A stretch of 64,000 bases of DNA from an uncultured Lachnoclostridium sp. Lineage in GTDB: Bacteria > Bacillota > Clostridia > Lachnospirales > Lachnospiraceae. Location: positions 220 through 64,219 of the forward strand of contig CAYTGQ010000001.1 of NCBI GenBank assembly GCA_964437345.1, given 5' to 3'. This document shows positions 8,425 through 18,507 of this stretch, piece by piece. Each line of letters opens with the position of its first letter. Within the stretch, counting starts at the first letter, position 1. Under the pieces are notes generated by a model, which was given only the letters and a program-made list of their open reading frames with translations, did not search any database and was not told where the DNA came from. Both the position numbers and the translations under genes were made by a program.

Positions 8425-9549
8425 ATGAAGATGGAAGAAAAATACTATTTATCATATAATTTGCAGTTCTTCGCTAAAGATGGAGAAGGCGGAGAAAAAA
8501 CAGAAGAACCTACAGCGAAAAAGCTGAAGGATGCCCGAGAAGAAGGGCAGGTGGCTAAGAGTCAGGATATTATAGTTGCTTTTAGTTTATTAGGGTTATT
8601 TTTAGCTTTAAAGGTTATGGTAGGTTATTTTGGCAATTCGTTTTTGGCAACATATCAGGAATCCTATGGTATGATTTCAGATATAATCAGAGAACCATTT
8701 ACCGGTAATACGGCAAGGAGTCTGGTTGTTTATGGAATTGGAAGAATACTCCTGATTGCTGCACCTATATATATTATGGCATTTGCAGTTGCATTTGTAA
8801 CCAATATTGCTCAGGTAAAATGGGTTATTTCAGGGAAACCACTGATGCCTAAATTTTCGAAGTTAAATCCTATTTCCGGATTTAAAAAAATTTTCTCAAA
8901 GGATAAGATTGTAGAATTACTAAAATCTATTTTGAAAATTGGAATTATTGCCTATGTCGTATATGATGCGTTAAAGGATCAGTGGGGAATGCTCAGGAAT
9001 CTATATGAGTTGTCTCTGATGTCTGCCATACAGTTGATAGGAGATACAGTAATTACTTTGGGTATTAAAATAAGTGCATTTTTCATGGTAATTGCCTTTA
9101 TTGACTATTTCTATCAGAAATACAAGTTTAAAGAAGATATGAAGATGACCAAGCAGGAAATAAAAGACGAATATAAGCAGACTGAAGGTGATCCTCATGT
9201 TAAGGGGCAGATTAGACAGAAGATGCGAGAGGCTTCCAGACGTCGTATGATGCAGGAACTTCCACAGGCAGATGTTGTTATTACTAACCCTACTCATCTT
9301 GCGGTTGCTATTAAGTATGATAGAGAAAATAGTAAAGGAGCACCTGTTGTTATAGCAAAGGGTGCAGACTATTTAGCAGAAAAAATCAAGGAAGTGGCAA
9401 GGGAAAATGCAATTGAGATTGTAGAAAACAAACCTCTTGCCAGAATGTTATATTATAATGTGGAAATTGGAATGGAAATTCCACCGGAGCTTTATCAGAT
9501 GGTAGCAGAGGTATTAGCTTATGTATATCGTTTGAAGGGAAATGTGTAA
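8425..9549 (+). CDS. flhB: Flagellar type III export switch protein FlhB
   Basis: GEKTEEPTAKKLKDAREEGQVAKSQD N-terminus, four TM helices, and the autocleavage site VVITNPTHLAVAIKY. RBS AGGTGGG lies 6 nt upstream. Confidence 0.93.
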   Translation: MKMEEKYYLSYNLQFFAKDGEGGEKTEEPTAKKLKDAREEGQVAKSQDIIVAFSLLGLFLALKVMVGYFGNSFLATYQESYGMISDIIREPFTGNTARSLVVYGIGRILLIAAPIYIMAFAVAFVTNIAQVKWVISGKPLMPKFSKLNPISGFKKIFSKDKIVELLKSILKIGIIAYVVYDALKDQWGMLRNLYELSLMSAIQLIGDTVITLGIKISAFFMVIAFIDYFYQKYKFKEDMKMTKQEIKDEYKQTEGDPHVKGQIRQKMREASRRRMMQELPQADVVITNPTHLAVAIKYDRENSKGAPVVIAKGADYLAEKIKEVARENAIEIVENKPLARMLYYNVEIGMEIPPELYQMVAEVLAYVYRLKGNV

Positions 9550-9567
9550 GGAAAGGAGAGGGACAGT

Positions 9568-11601
9568 ATGAAAAGAAATGATATGTTTGTTGGTCTTTAT
9601 CTGATGGCTGCTGTTATATTCTTTATTATACCAATGCCATCTCTTTTATTAGATATTTTGATTGCTCTTAATATGGCAATATCTATGATTATTTTGTTTT
9701 CAGCGTTGTTTTCAAAAGAAGCACTGGACATGTCAAGCTTTCCAACACTTTTGCTGTTTACAACGATTTTTCGAATTTCACTTAACGTTTCTTCAACAAA
9801 ACTGATTCTGACTACTGGTGAGCCGGGTAACGTAGTAGAAACATTTGGAAGCTTCGTAGGTGGAGATAATCTTATTGTTGGAGCAATTATTTTCATTATT
9901 CTGGTTCTTGTTCAGATGCTGGTTATCAATAAAGGTTCCGAGCGTGTATCTGAAGTAACAGCACGTTTTACATTGGATGCTATGCCTGGTAAACAGATGG
10001 CAATTGATGCTGATTTGAATACCGGAGCGATTACAGATGAAGAGGCAAAGGCAAGAAGACAGAAGATACAGGATGAATCTGCTTTCTTTGGTTCCATGGA
10101 TGGTGCGACTAAGTATGTTAAAGGAGATGCTACGGCAGGTCTCATTATCACTGTAATCAACCTGGTTGGTGGTATTGCAATGGGTATGCTTTTCAATGGC
10201 ATGGAACTGATGGAAGCATTGGAAAGATATACAATTTTAACTATTGGTGATGGTCTTGTATCACAGATTCCGTCCCTTATGATATCTTTGGCAACTGGTA
10301 TTCTGGTTACTAAAGTATCCAAAGAAGCTGATATTGGAGATGTTTTAGTAAAACAGCTTCTTTCTATTCCAAAAGTATTATATATGGTAGGTGCAGCTAT
10401 GATTGTTCTGGCTGTATGTACACCACTTAATATTGTAATCTTCTCTGCTTATGGTATCATTTTCATTATTACAGGAAGAATGGTTGCTAATAAGCTTGAG
10501 GTAGAAGATATTGAAACAGAAGTGAATACTGATGAGGTATCAGCAGATGAGATCCGCAGACCTGAAAATGTGGCATCGCTGCTTCAGGTAGACCCAATTG
10601 AGCTGGAATTTGGTTACGGTATTATTCCGTTGGCAGATGTCAATCAGGGTGGTGACTTGTTAGACCGAGTTGTTATGATTCGTAGACAAATTGCATTGGA
10701 ATTAGGCTGCGTTGTCCCAATGATTCGTCTTCGTGATAATATTCAGCTGAATCCAAATCAGTATGTGATAAAAATTAAAGGTGTGGCTGTGAGTGAAGGA
10801 GAAATTTTATTTGATCACTACATGGCAATGAATCCAGGATATGTGGAAGAAGAAATTACCGGTATTCCAACATTTGAACCATCTTTCCATCTGCCAGCAA
10901 TCTGGATTACAGAAGCACAGAGAGAAAGAGCAGAGACTCTTGGTTATACAGTAGTAGATCCGCCTTCTATTATTGCAACTCATTTGACAGAAGTAATTCG
11001 TAATCATCTTGATGAATTACTTACAAGACAGGATGTTCAGAATCTTATTAATAATATACAGGAAGCAAATACAACATTGATAAGTGAGCTTGTTCCTAAG
11101 CTGTTAAGCGTTGGTGAGATACAAAAAGTATTGCAGAATCTTTTGAAGGAAGGTATTTCTATTCGTGATTTAATTACGATTTTTGAAACATTGGCAGACT
11201 ATGCGCCAACAACCAGAGATACAGACCTTTTGACAGAGTATGCAAGACAGAGTCTTAAGAGAGCAATTTCAAGCAAATATTTTCCTGCAACAGAGACTAC
11301 AAGTGTAGTTACTCTTGATCCTAAGATTGAACAGGAAATTATGAATTCAGTAAAACAGACAGAGCAAGGTGCATATCTGACTTTGGATCCGGAAACGGTT
11401 CAGGGAATTATTCAGTCTGTGAAAGATGAGGTTTCCAAATTAGAAAACCTCGGTAAAAATCCAATTATTATTACTTCTCCAATTGTGAGAATGTATTTTA
11501 AAAAGCTTACATCTGACTATTTCAGGGATTTAATTGTCATTTCCTACAATGAAATTGAGTCAAATGTTGAATTACAATCAGTAGGGATGGTGACAGTTTA
11601 G
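9568..11601 (+). CDS. flhA: Flagellar type III export gate protein FlhA
   Basis: 677 aa with FPTLLLFTTIFRISLNVSSTKLIL and FTLDAMPGKQMAIDADL (FHIPEP family), followed by a large cytoplasmic C-terminal domain. Confidence 0.95.
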   Translation: MKRNDMFVGLYLMAAVIFFIIPMPSLLLDILIALNMAISMIILFSALFSKEALDMSSFPTLLLFTTIFRISLNVSSTKLILTTGEPGNVVETFGSFVGGDNLIVGAIIFIILVLVQMLVINKGSERVSEVTARFTLDAMPGKQMAIDADLNTGAITDEEAKARRQKIQDESAFFGSMDGATKYVKGDATAGLIITVINLVGGIAMGMLFNGMELMEALERYTILTIGDGLVSQIPSLMISLATGILVTKVSKEADIGDVLVKQLLSIPKVLYMVGAAMIVLAVCTPLNIVIFSAYGIIFIITGRMVANKLEVEDIETEVNTDEVSADEIRRPENVASLLQVDPIELEFGYGIIPLADVNQGGDLLDRVVMIRRQIALELGCVVPMIRLRDNIQLNPNQYVIKIKGVAVSEGEILFDHYMAMNPGYVEEEITGIPTFEPSFHLPAIWITEAQRERAETLGYTVVDPPSIIATHLTEVIRNHLDELLTRQDVQNLINNIQEANTTLISELVPKLLSVGEIQKVLQNLLKEGISIRDLITIFETLADYAPTTRDTDLLTEYARQSLKRAISSKYFPATETTSVVTLDPKIEQEIMNSVKQTEQGAYLTLDPETVQGIIQSVKDEVSKLENLGKNPIIITSPIVRMYFKKLTSDYFRDLIVISYNEIESNVELQSVGMVTV

Positions 11602-12851
11602 TGATTATCAAAAAGTTTCAGGCAGAAACCGAAACAGAAGCAATCATGCTTGCAAAAGAAGAATTAGGTAAAGATGCAATTGTAATGAATATAAAGGTGA
11701 TTAGACCAAGAGGAGTATATAAGCTCTTTAAGAAGTCTATGGTTGAGATAACAGCAGCAGTAGATGATGACATCACATATACAAATGGTGAGAAGATGTT
11801 ATCTGAACTTCAGAAAATTAAGCAGGAAAAAGAAAAAGCTGCGTCAGAACAGGTTAAAACACAATCTCAGCAGACTTTACCACCTTTACGCAATAATCCC
11901 AATATCATTTTTGAGGAAGAAACGGAAAATAGCTCTTTCAATGGAGAAACAGCCATTGAACAGAGATTAAACGAACTTCAGAATTTATTGGAAAAACAGA
12001 TACAGGTAAAAGAGGAAAAGATAGAAGAAATAAAGGAAAAAACTAAGTCAGAGAGCAAGAGTGCCGTTTATACCAGATTAATTATGGAGCAGATGATAAA
12101 TAACGAAGTAGATCATAAGTATGCTGCCCAGATTATTGATGAAATTAAAAATGGTATCGATGATGAGTCGGCAGTTGATAAGGTTCTATCCAGTGTATAT
12201 CAGAAAATTGTTCTGAAAATTGGACAGGTTAAGACGATTTCTATCGGGGAGAACAGCCCAAAGTATATTTTTTTCATTGGTCCTACAGGGGTTGGAAAAA
12301 CAACAACAATTGCTAAGATTGCATCTGATTTAAAATTAAAGAAAAAGGCCAATATTGCATTAGTTACCTCGGATACCTATCGTATTGCAGCTGTAGAACA
12401 GCTTAGGACTTATGCCAATATTTTAGGTATTCCTTTAAAGGTTGTATATACTCCTGAGGAAATGGAAGCAGTAAAAGATGAATTGGCAGGATATGATGTT
12501 GTATTAATTGATACAGCAGGGAGATCACATCAGAGCAAGGAACAAAAAGAAGATATTAAAAGAATATTAGAGGCAGTACCAGAGCAGGAAAGAGATGCTT
12601 ATCTGGTATTGAGTGCTACAACGAAATATAGAGATTTAATAAAAATAACAGAAAATTATAGCGAAATTGTCAAATACAATCTGATTTTTACAAAGTTAGA
12701 TGAAACAGATTGTGTGGGAAATATTCTGAATATTCATATGCTTACAAATGCACCATTATCCTATACAACATATGGACAGAATGTTCCTGATGATATTGGA
12801 AAACTTGATGCTCAGAGTATTGCAAAGAAACTATTGGGAGGCAATAATTAA
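11601..12851 (+). CDS. flhF: Flagellar SRP-type GTPase FlhF
   Basis: K/E-rich N-terminal region, then the NG domain with FIGPTGVGKTTTIAKIA (G1), DTAGRS (G3) and TKLDET (G4). GTG overlaps the flhA stop by 1 nt. Confidence 0.9.
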   Translation: MIIKKFQAETETEAIMLAKEELGKDAIVMNIKVIRPRGVYKLFKKSMVEITAAVDDDITYTNGEKMLSELQKIKQEKEKAASEQVKTQSQQTLPPLRNNPNIIFEEETENSSFNGETAIEQRLNELQNLLEKQIQVKEEKIEEIKEKTKSESKSAVYTRLIMEQMINNEVDHKYAAQIIDEIKNGIDDESAVDKVLSSVYQKIVLKIGQVKTISIGENSPKYIFFIGPTGVGKTTTIAKIASDLKLKKKANIALVTSDTYRIAAVEQLRTYANILGIPLKVVYTPEEMEAVKDELAGYDVVLIDTAGRSHQSKEQKEDIKRILEAVPEQERDAYLVLSATTKYRDLIKITENYSEIVKYNLIFTKLDETDCVGNILNIHMLTNAPLSYTTYGQNVPDDIGKLDAQSIAKKLLGGNN

Positions 12852-13726
12852 TGGATCAGGCAACACAGCTTAGAAATATAATAAAACAAAGCCAGCAACG
12901 CCCCCTTGCCAGAGTAATTACCATTACAAGTGGAAAGGGCGGAGTTGGAAAAACAAGTATATCCGTTAATCTGGCAATTCAGTTGCAGAAAATGGGAAAC
13001 AGAGTTGTTATACTAGATGCTGATTTTGGATTGGCTAACATAGAAGTTATGTTAGGAATACGACCAAAATATAATCTGGCAGATTTGATTTTTAAGGGGA
13101 AAAGTATTCAGGAAGTTATAACTCCGGGGCCATTGGGGGTAGGTTTTATTTCAGGTGGCTCAGGGATTCAGGAACTAATTAATTTAAGTAGAGATCAAAT
13201 TCAGATTATGCTCCAGAAGCTTTATGAATTAGATGAAATTGCAGATGTAATTATTGTTGATACAGGAGCAGGAATTAATGAATCGGTGCTGGAATTTGTA
13301 TCAGCCAGTTCAGAGGTATTTCTCGTAGTAACTCCGGAACCGACATCAATTACAGACGCATATGCATTATTAAAGACGTTAGATAAAAGAATTGAATTTC
13401 AAAAGCAGAATACATCTATTCGAATGATTTCTAACAGAGTAGAGGGAGCTGCACAGGGAACCAATCTTTTCCATAAATTGAATACAGTTGTAAATGAATT
13501 TTTAGGTGTTAAGTTGGAATATTTGGGAGCAATACCACAGGATAATTACTTTTCAAAAGCAATTCTCACACAAAGGCCGGTTACAATAGGTTATCCAAAT
13601 GCTCCTTCTTCACAGGCGATTTTCGATCTGGCTGTACAGATAAACAATAAAGCCAGTGTCACACCACAGGAGAAAAAAGGGATTTCTGATTTCTTCTCCA
13701 GATTGGTTCGCAGAATGGGAAGATAA
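12851..13726 (+). CDS. flhG: MinD/ParA-type ATPase FlhG (YlxH) controlling flagellar number and placement
   Basis: Deviant Walker A ITSGKGGVGKTS, Walker B IIVDTGAG. Lies immediately after flhF. ATG overlaps the flhF stop (taATGg). Confidence 0.88.
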   Translation: MDQATQLRNIIKQSQQRPLARVITITSGKGGVGKTSISVNLAIQLQKMGNRVVILDADFGLANIEVMLGIRPKYNLADLIFKGKSIQEVITPGPLGVGFISGGSGIQELINLSRDQIQIMLQKLYELDEIADVIIVDTGAGINESVLEFVSASSEVFLVVTPEPTSITDAYALLKTLDKRIEFQKQNTSIRMISNRVEGAAQGTNLFHKLNTVVNEFLGVKLEYLGAIPQDNYFSKAILTQRPVTIGYPNAPSSQAIFDLAVQINNKASVTPQEKKGISDFFSRLVRRMGR

Positions 13727-13740
13727 GAACGGGTAGTATT

Positions 13741-14190
13741 ATGGTAGCAAGTATAATAGAGTATGGAAGCAAAGAAGAAACAGTAAAACGTAAGCATTAC
13801 CGGATAGGATGCTTATGGGAGGTCAATTGTAAAGAATGCCAGAGTGAAACAGAGAATGAGGAAGGTGGATGGTTTCAGGCAACTACCACAGATATTAGTG
13901 GCGGTGGATGCAGGTTTAATGCAACCAGTCAATTGACACAGGATAGTATTCTTAGGATTAAGATTAATAATCCGGAAAAAAATAAAGTAGACGAACTTTC
14001 ATTTAAAGCAAAAGTGATAGCGTCCCAATTATTGCCGAACAGGGAAGGAATATACGAAACAAGAGTGAAATTTGTTAATCTTTCCTTTTGGGAGCAGGAA
14101 CAGCTTATAAGATGGATATTTGAAGAAAAGAGAAAGTTTAAGTGGCAGGAAAGGGGTTTAGAAAATGAAGAAAAATATTTTGATTATTGA
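13741..14190 (+). CDS. PilZ-domain protein (putative c-di-GMP receptor / flagellar brake)
   Basis: Both halves of the PilZ c-di-GMP motif are present: RKHYR (RxxxR, 13789-13803) and DISGGG (DxSxxG, 13891-13908). 149 aa. The 3' end overlaps cheB by 26 nt. The start codon is not well supported by an RBS. Confidence 0.72.
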   Translation: MVASIIEYGSKEETVKRKHYRIGCLWEVNCKECQSETENEEGGWFQATTTDISGGGCRFNATSQLTQDSILRIKINNPEKNKVDELSFKAKVIASQLLPNREGIYETRVKFVNLSFWEQEQLIRWIFEEKRKFKWQERGLENEEKYFDY

Positions 14191-15280
14191 TGATTCTGCA
14201 CTTATAAGAAGGGTGTTATCTGATATAATCAACTCAGATGAAAGACTTCAAGCAGAGGATATCGCAACAAATGGTGTAGAAGGCTTAGATTTAATCGTAG
14301 CCAATCCTGCCAGATATTCAGCTATTCTGTTAGACATTAATATGCCTAGAATGAATGGGCTTGAGTTTCTCGAAAAATTAAATAAGCATAATATCAAGAT
14401 TCCAACTATTGTAGTAAGTACAGTTGCAAAAGAAGGAGCAAGAGAGACAATCAGAGCATTGGAATTAGGTGCATTTGATTTCGTTACCAAACCGGGAAGC
14501 TTTTTAGAAGCAAAGAGTGATACCTTTAAGAACAGAATTTTAGAGGTTATTTTATTAGCGGTAAAATTGGATGCGGAACATTTGGATTCTACCATTGCTG
14601 CTTTGAAGAAAACAGATAAGGATAAGGCTACTGAAGTAAAGTCTCCTAAAATGCCATTACCTGCAAGAAGACCTATGAGTGCAGGTAAGAGTATTAAAGG
14701 CTCCAAACTTGTAGCAATTGCCTGCTCAACAGGTGGTCCAAGGGCATTACAGGATGTAATTCCAACTCTTCCTAGAAATTTAGATGCACCAGTTTTACTG
14801 GTACAGCATATGCCGGAAGGATTTACCAATTCCTTAGCAGTCCGTCTTAATGAAATGAGTCAAATCAGAGTAAAAGAAGCAGAAGATGGTGATATTCTGG
14901 AAAAGGGAGTTGTTTACATAGCAAAAGGCGGACGTCAGATGCGTTTGAACCGTATTTCAGAAGGTAATTATAAGATTGCAGTTGTTCAGGAACCTGCCAG
15001 AAATGGCCTTAAGCCATGTGCAGATATTATGTATGAATCTTTAATTTCTTCTGATTTTGAAGAAATCACCTGTGTGGTTTTAACCGGTATGGGTGCAGAT
15101 GGAACCAGTGGTATCAAGCAACTAAAAGAAAACAAAAAAATTTATGTAATAGCGCAGGATGAAGCGACATGTACCGTATACGGTATGCCAAAGGTAGTTG
15201 CTCAATCTGGATTGACAGATGAGGTTGTACCTTTGAAAAAGGTTTCAGGAGCTATTACACAGAACGTGGGGGTGCGCTAA
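14165..15280 (+). CDS. cheB: Chemotaxis response regulator protein-glutamate methylesterase CheB
   Basis: N-terminal receiver (ILIIDDSALIRR...ILLDINMPRMNG) plus the CheB esterase domain (VAIACSTGGPRAL, LLVQHMPEGFT, GMGADG). Confidence 0.93.
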   Translation: MKKNILIIDDSALIRRVLSDIINSDERLQAEDIATNGVEGLDLIVANPARYSAILLDINMPRMNGLEFLEKLNKHNIKIPTIVVSTVAKEGARETIRALELGAFDFVTKPGSFLEAKSDTFKNRILEVILLAVKLDAEHLDSTIAALKKTDKDKATEVKSPKMPLPARRPMSAGKSIKGSKLVAIACSTGGPRALQDVIPTLPRNLDAPVLLVQHMPEGFTNSLAVRLNEMSQIRVKEAEDGDILEKGVVYIAKGGRQMRLNRISEGNYKIAVVQEPARNGLKPCADIMYESLISSDFEEITCVVLTGMGADGTSGIKQLKENKKIYVIAQDEATCTVYGMPKVVAQSGLTDEVVPLKKVSGAITQNVGVR

Positions 15281-17380
15281 ATGGACGTAAGCCAATATCT
15301 TGAGATTTTCATTGATGAAACAAAAGAACATTTACAGAATTTAAGTGACCAGTTATTAATTCTTGAACATGAACCGGACAATGCGGATACAGTTAATGAG
15401 ATTTTCCGTGCTGCTCACTCTTTAAAGGGTATGGCAGGAACAATGGGTTATAAGAGAATGCAGAAATTAACTCATAACATGGAAAATGTATTCCAGGAAA
15501 TCCGTAATGGTAATATGAAGGTTCAGGCAAATCTGGTAGACGTTTTATTCAGGGGACTGGATGCGTTAGAATCTTATCTGGAAATTATTCAGAGTACTTC
15601 TGATGAAGGAACTGAAGATAATGAAGCAATTCTTAACGATTTAAATAGAATCCTTGCTGAAGGAACAGGTGCAGCAGTGCCAAAAGCATCTGCTGCAAAG
15701 GCTGAATCGGTTGCAAAAGAGACATCTGAAGCTGGCAGTGAATTAATGAAATTCAAACAGATTGTTGCCACAGAATATGATGTAGATGTTATTGAAAAAG
15801 CAAAAGAAGCGGGACAGAACGTATTTGGTCTGACTGTATACATTGAAGAAAACTGTATTTTAAAGGCAGCAAGAGCTTTCCTTGTATTTAAAGCTTTAGA
15901 AGAACTTGGTGAAGTTGTTAAAGCAGTTCCTGAAGTGCAGGATATTGAAGATGAAAAGTTTGATTTCGATTTCAGTGTTGTATTTATTACAGCAGCAGGT
16001 AAAGATAAAGTAAAAGCAGCAGTTTCCAGTGTTTCTGAAATCAAAGATGTTCAGATTGATGATTTTGAAGTGAAGAATGGAAAAGTTGCAAAGGAAGAAA
16101 ATAAGGAAGAAGCAAAGGCTGAAGTGAAGCCTGTAGCAAAAGCAGAACCAGCAAAAGAAAAAGCAGCACCTGCAGCACAGGCTGGACAGGCACCTGCTAA
16201 GAAGGCGGCTTCTAAACCAGTTGCAAGTCGTTCTGTCAGAGTAGATATTGATAAGTTAGATGTATTAATGAACTTAGTTAGTGAGTTGATTATTGCAAAG
16301 AACGGTCTGGTATCTATTGGCTCTAATGAAAGTGGAACAAAAGATGTAGCTGCATTTAATGAACAGATTGAATACTTAGAACGTGTTACTACAAATCTTC
16401 ATGAATCTGTTATGAAGGTTCGTATGATGCCAATTGAATCTGTAGTTAACAAATTCCCACGTATGATGCGTGACTTATCTAAGAAACTGGATAAGAAGAT
16501 GGAATTATACATGAGTGGTGAAGATACAGAACTTGACAGAACAGTTATCGATGAAATTGGTGACCCATTACAGCATTTACTTCGTAATGCAGCAGACCAT
16601 GGTCTTGAAAGCAATGAAGAAAGAATTCGTCTTGGTAAACCAGAAGTTGGTTCTGTTTACTTAGATGCTTATCAGGAAGGTAATAACGTAGTAATCGAAG
16701 TAAGAGATGATGGTGCTGGTATTAATGTAGAAAAGGTTCGTAATAAGGCTATTGAAAAAGGTACTATTACAGCAGAGCAGGCAGAAAATATGTCTGAAAA
16801 AGATGTTATTGATTTATTATTCAGACCAAGCTTCTCTACAGCAGAAAAGATTTCAGATGTTTCCGGACGTGGTGTAGGTCTTGACGTTGTTAAAACTAAT
16901 ATTGAAAAATTAGGTGGAGATATTGAATGTAAGACTGTTCTTGGCGGAGGAAGTACATTTACTATTCGTTTACCACTTACATTAGCTATCATCCAGGCAC
17001 TTATGGTTGAACTTGGAAATGAACAGTACGCAATTCCTCTTGGAAGTATTGAGACGATTGAAGATGTACCTGTTTCCGATATTAAGTATGTACAGACAAA
17101 AGAAGTTATTACTTTAAGAGGAACAGTTATTCCATTAGTTCGCTTAGACAAAGTATTAGACGTTGAACCAAGAGATGAAGAACCAGAAAACCTGACAGTT
17201 GTAATTGTTACTAAGGGCGATAAGAAAGCCGGATTAGTAGTTGACAAGCTGAATGGTCAGTTAGAAATCGTAATTAAGTCCATTGGTAAATACATCAATA
17301 ATGATAAGGTTATCAGTGGTGCAGCAATTCTTGGTGATGGTGAAATTGCATTAATTATTGATGCAAACTCATTAGTTTAA
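15281..17380 (+). CDS. cheA: Chemotaxis histidine kinase CheA
   Basis: Hpt site FRAAHSLKGMAGTMGY, dimerisation and HATPase domains (HLLRNAADHG, DDGAGI, GRGVGLDVV), and a C-terminal CheW-like domain. Confidence 0.95.
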   Translation: MDVSQYLEIFIDETKEHLQNLSDQLLILEHEPDNADTVNEIFRAAHSLKGMAGTMGYKRMQKLTHNMENVFQEIRNGNMKVQANLVDVLFRGLDALESYLEIIQSTSDEGTEDNEAILNDLNRILAEGTGAAVPKASAAKAESVAKETSEAGSELMKFKQIVATEYDVDVIEKAKEAGQNVFGLTVYIEENCILKAARAFLVFKALEELGEVVKAVPEVQDIEDEKFDFDFSVVFITAAGKDKVKAAVSSVSEIKDVQIDDFEVKNGKVAKEENKEEAKAEVKPVAKAEPAKEKAAPAAQAGQAPAKKAASKPVASRSVRVDIDKLDVLMNLVSELIIAKNGLVSIGSNESGTKDVAAFNEQIEYLERVTTNLHESVMKVRMMPIESVVNKFPRMMRDLSKKLDKKMELYMSGEDTELDRTVIDEIGDPLQHLLRNAADHGLESNEERIRLGKPEVGSVYLDAYQEGNNVVIEVRDDGAGINVEKVRNKAIEKGTITAEQAENMSEKDVIDLLFRPSFSTAEKISDVSGRGVGLDVVKTNIEKLGGDIECKTVLGGGSTFTIRLPLTLAIIQALMVELGNEQYAIPLGSIETIEDVPVSDIKYVQTKEVITLRGTVIPLVRLDKVLDVEPRDEEPENLTVVIVTKGDKKAGLVVDKLNGQLEIVIKSIGKYINNDKVISGAAILGDGEIALIIDANSLV

Positions 17381-17408
17381 GATGACGGTTTTTATGGAGG
17401 TGTGCTAA

Positions 17409-17876
17409 ATGGATGAAATGAAAGCTTTAGATATGAAGCAGTATATTTGTATTAAGCTTGGCGACGAGCAGTATGGTATTGACATCGGATATGTAGATAA
17501 CATTGTAAGAATGCAGAAGATTACTCGTGTGCCAAAGGCACAGAAATATTTCAAGGGTGTTATTAATATTCGAGGTGAAATAGTTCCGGTTATGAGTCTG
17601 CGTCTTAAATTTGATTTAGAACCAGATGAATATACTAACACGACCAGAATTATTATTATCAAGTTAGAACAGCAGTCTTCTGTAGGTCTGATTGTTGATG
17701 AAGTTAAGGAAGTTGTAAATCTTGATGATTCATGCATTGATAAGCCAACTTATAATGCAAATGATAATAAGAGCAGATACTTAAGTGGTATTGGAAAACA
17801 TAGTGATAGTTTGATTTCTTTACTCAATATAGCAGATGTTATTATTGAGAGAGAGAAGGATAATGAGGTGAAATAA
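17409..17876 (+). CDS. cheW: Chemotaxis coupling protein CheW
   Basis: 155 aa; YGIDIGYVDNIVRMQKITRVPKAQKYFKGVINIRGEIVPVMSLR is the canonical CheW fold sequence. Confidence 0.92.
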   Translation: MDEMKALDMKQYICIKLGDEQYGIDIGYVDNIVRMQKITRVPKAQKYFKGVINIRGEIVPVMSLRLKFDLEPDEYTNTTRIIIIKLEQQSSVGLIVDEVKEVVNLDDSCIDKPTYNANDNKSRYLSGIGKHSDSLISLLNIADVIIEREKDNEVK

Positions 17877-18494
17877 TTGTCTGATTTTACTTATGAAGCA
17901 ATGGATTCCATGCAGTATGATGTTTTAAAGGAAATTGGTAATATTGGAGCGGGCAATGCCACTACGGCATTGTCCCAAATGGTAAATGCCAAAATTGACA
18001 TGCGAGTACCTGATGTAAAATTACTTGGTTTTCAGGAACTGCCAGATATTATTGGTGGCGCAGAGAATTTAATTATCGGTATTTTATTTACATTAGAAGG
18101 ACAGCTGGATGGGATGATGTTGTTTATGATGGAGCAGGATTCTGCACATCATATTTTGAATCTGATTATGGGAAAAGCCTTAAGTAGTCTTACTGAGTTT
18201 TCTGAAATGGATTTATCAGCATTATGCGAAATTGGTAACATTATTGCCGGAGCATATCTGTCTTCTATTTCGACTCTGACAAATATGTTTGTTGGTGCCT
18301 CTGTACCATACATGGCGATTGATATGGCTGGTGCAATTTTGAGCGTACCTGCGATTGAATTTGGAAAAGTAGGCGATAAGGCTCTTGTAATCAAGACGGA
18401 ATTCTGGGAAGACGATATTGAAGTTAGCGGATATTTTGTAATGATACCAACACTTGAGTCCTACGGTAAAATGATGGCGTCATTAGGTTTATAG
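17877..18494 (+). CDS. cheC: CheY-P phosphatase CheC
   Basis: Two CheC repeats, EIGNIGAGNATTALSQM and EIGNIIAGAYLSSIS. TTG start lies 8 nt after GAGGTG. Lies in the cheW-cheC-cheD order. Confidence 0.85.
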   Translation: MSDFTYEAMDSMQYDVLKEIGNIGAGNATTALSQMVNAKIDMRVPDVKLLGFQELPDIIGGAENLIIGILFTLEGQLDGMMLFMMEQDSAHHILNLIMGKALSSLTEFSEMDLSALCEIGNIIAGAYLSSISTLTNMFVGASVPYMAIDMAGAILSVPAIEFGKVGDKALVIKTEFWEDDIEVSGYFVMIPTLESYGKMMASLGL

Positions 18495-18507
18495 GGTGGT
18501 AAGTTGT

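Noticed and set aside
9912-10322. A 136-aa ORF antisense to flhA (and 9597-9896).
   Set aside because: It lies inside the most conserved part of flhA and is an antisense shadow.
14248-14829. A 193-aa ORF antisense to cheB.
   Set aside because: It lies entirely inside a well-supported CDS. It has low-complexity S/A/L/G composition typical of an antisense frame in purine-rich coding sequence, and no RBS or recognisable motifs.
16672-17247. A 191-aa ORF antisense to cheA (also 15589-16044 and 16399-16614).
   Set aside because: Shadow ORFs within cheA, with Ser/Thr/Ile-rich sequences lacking domains. The cheA frame carries all kinase motifs.
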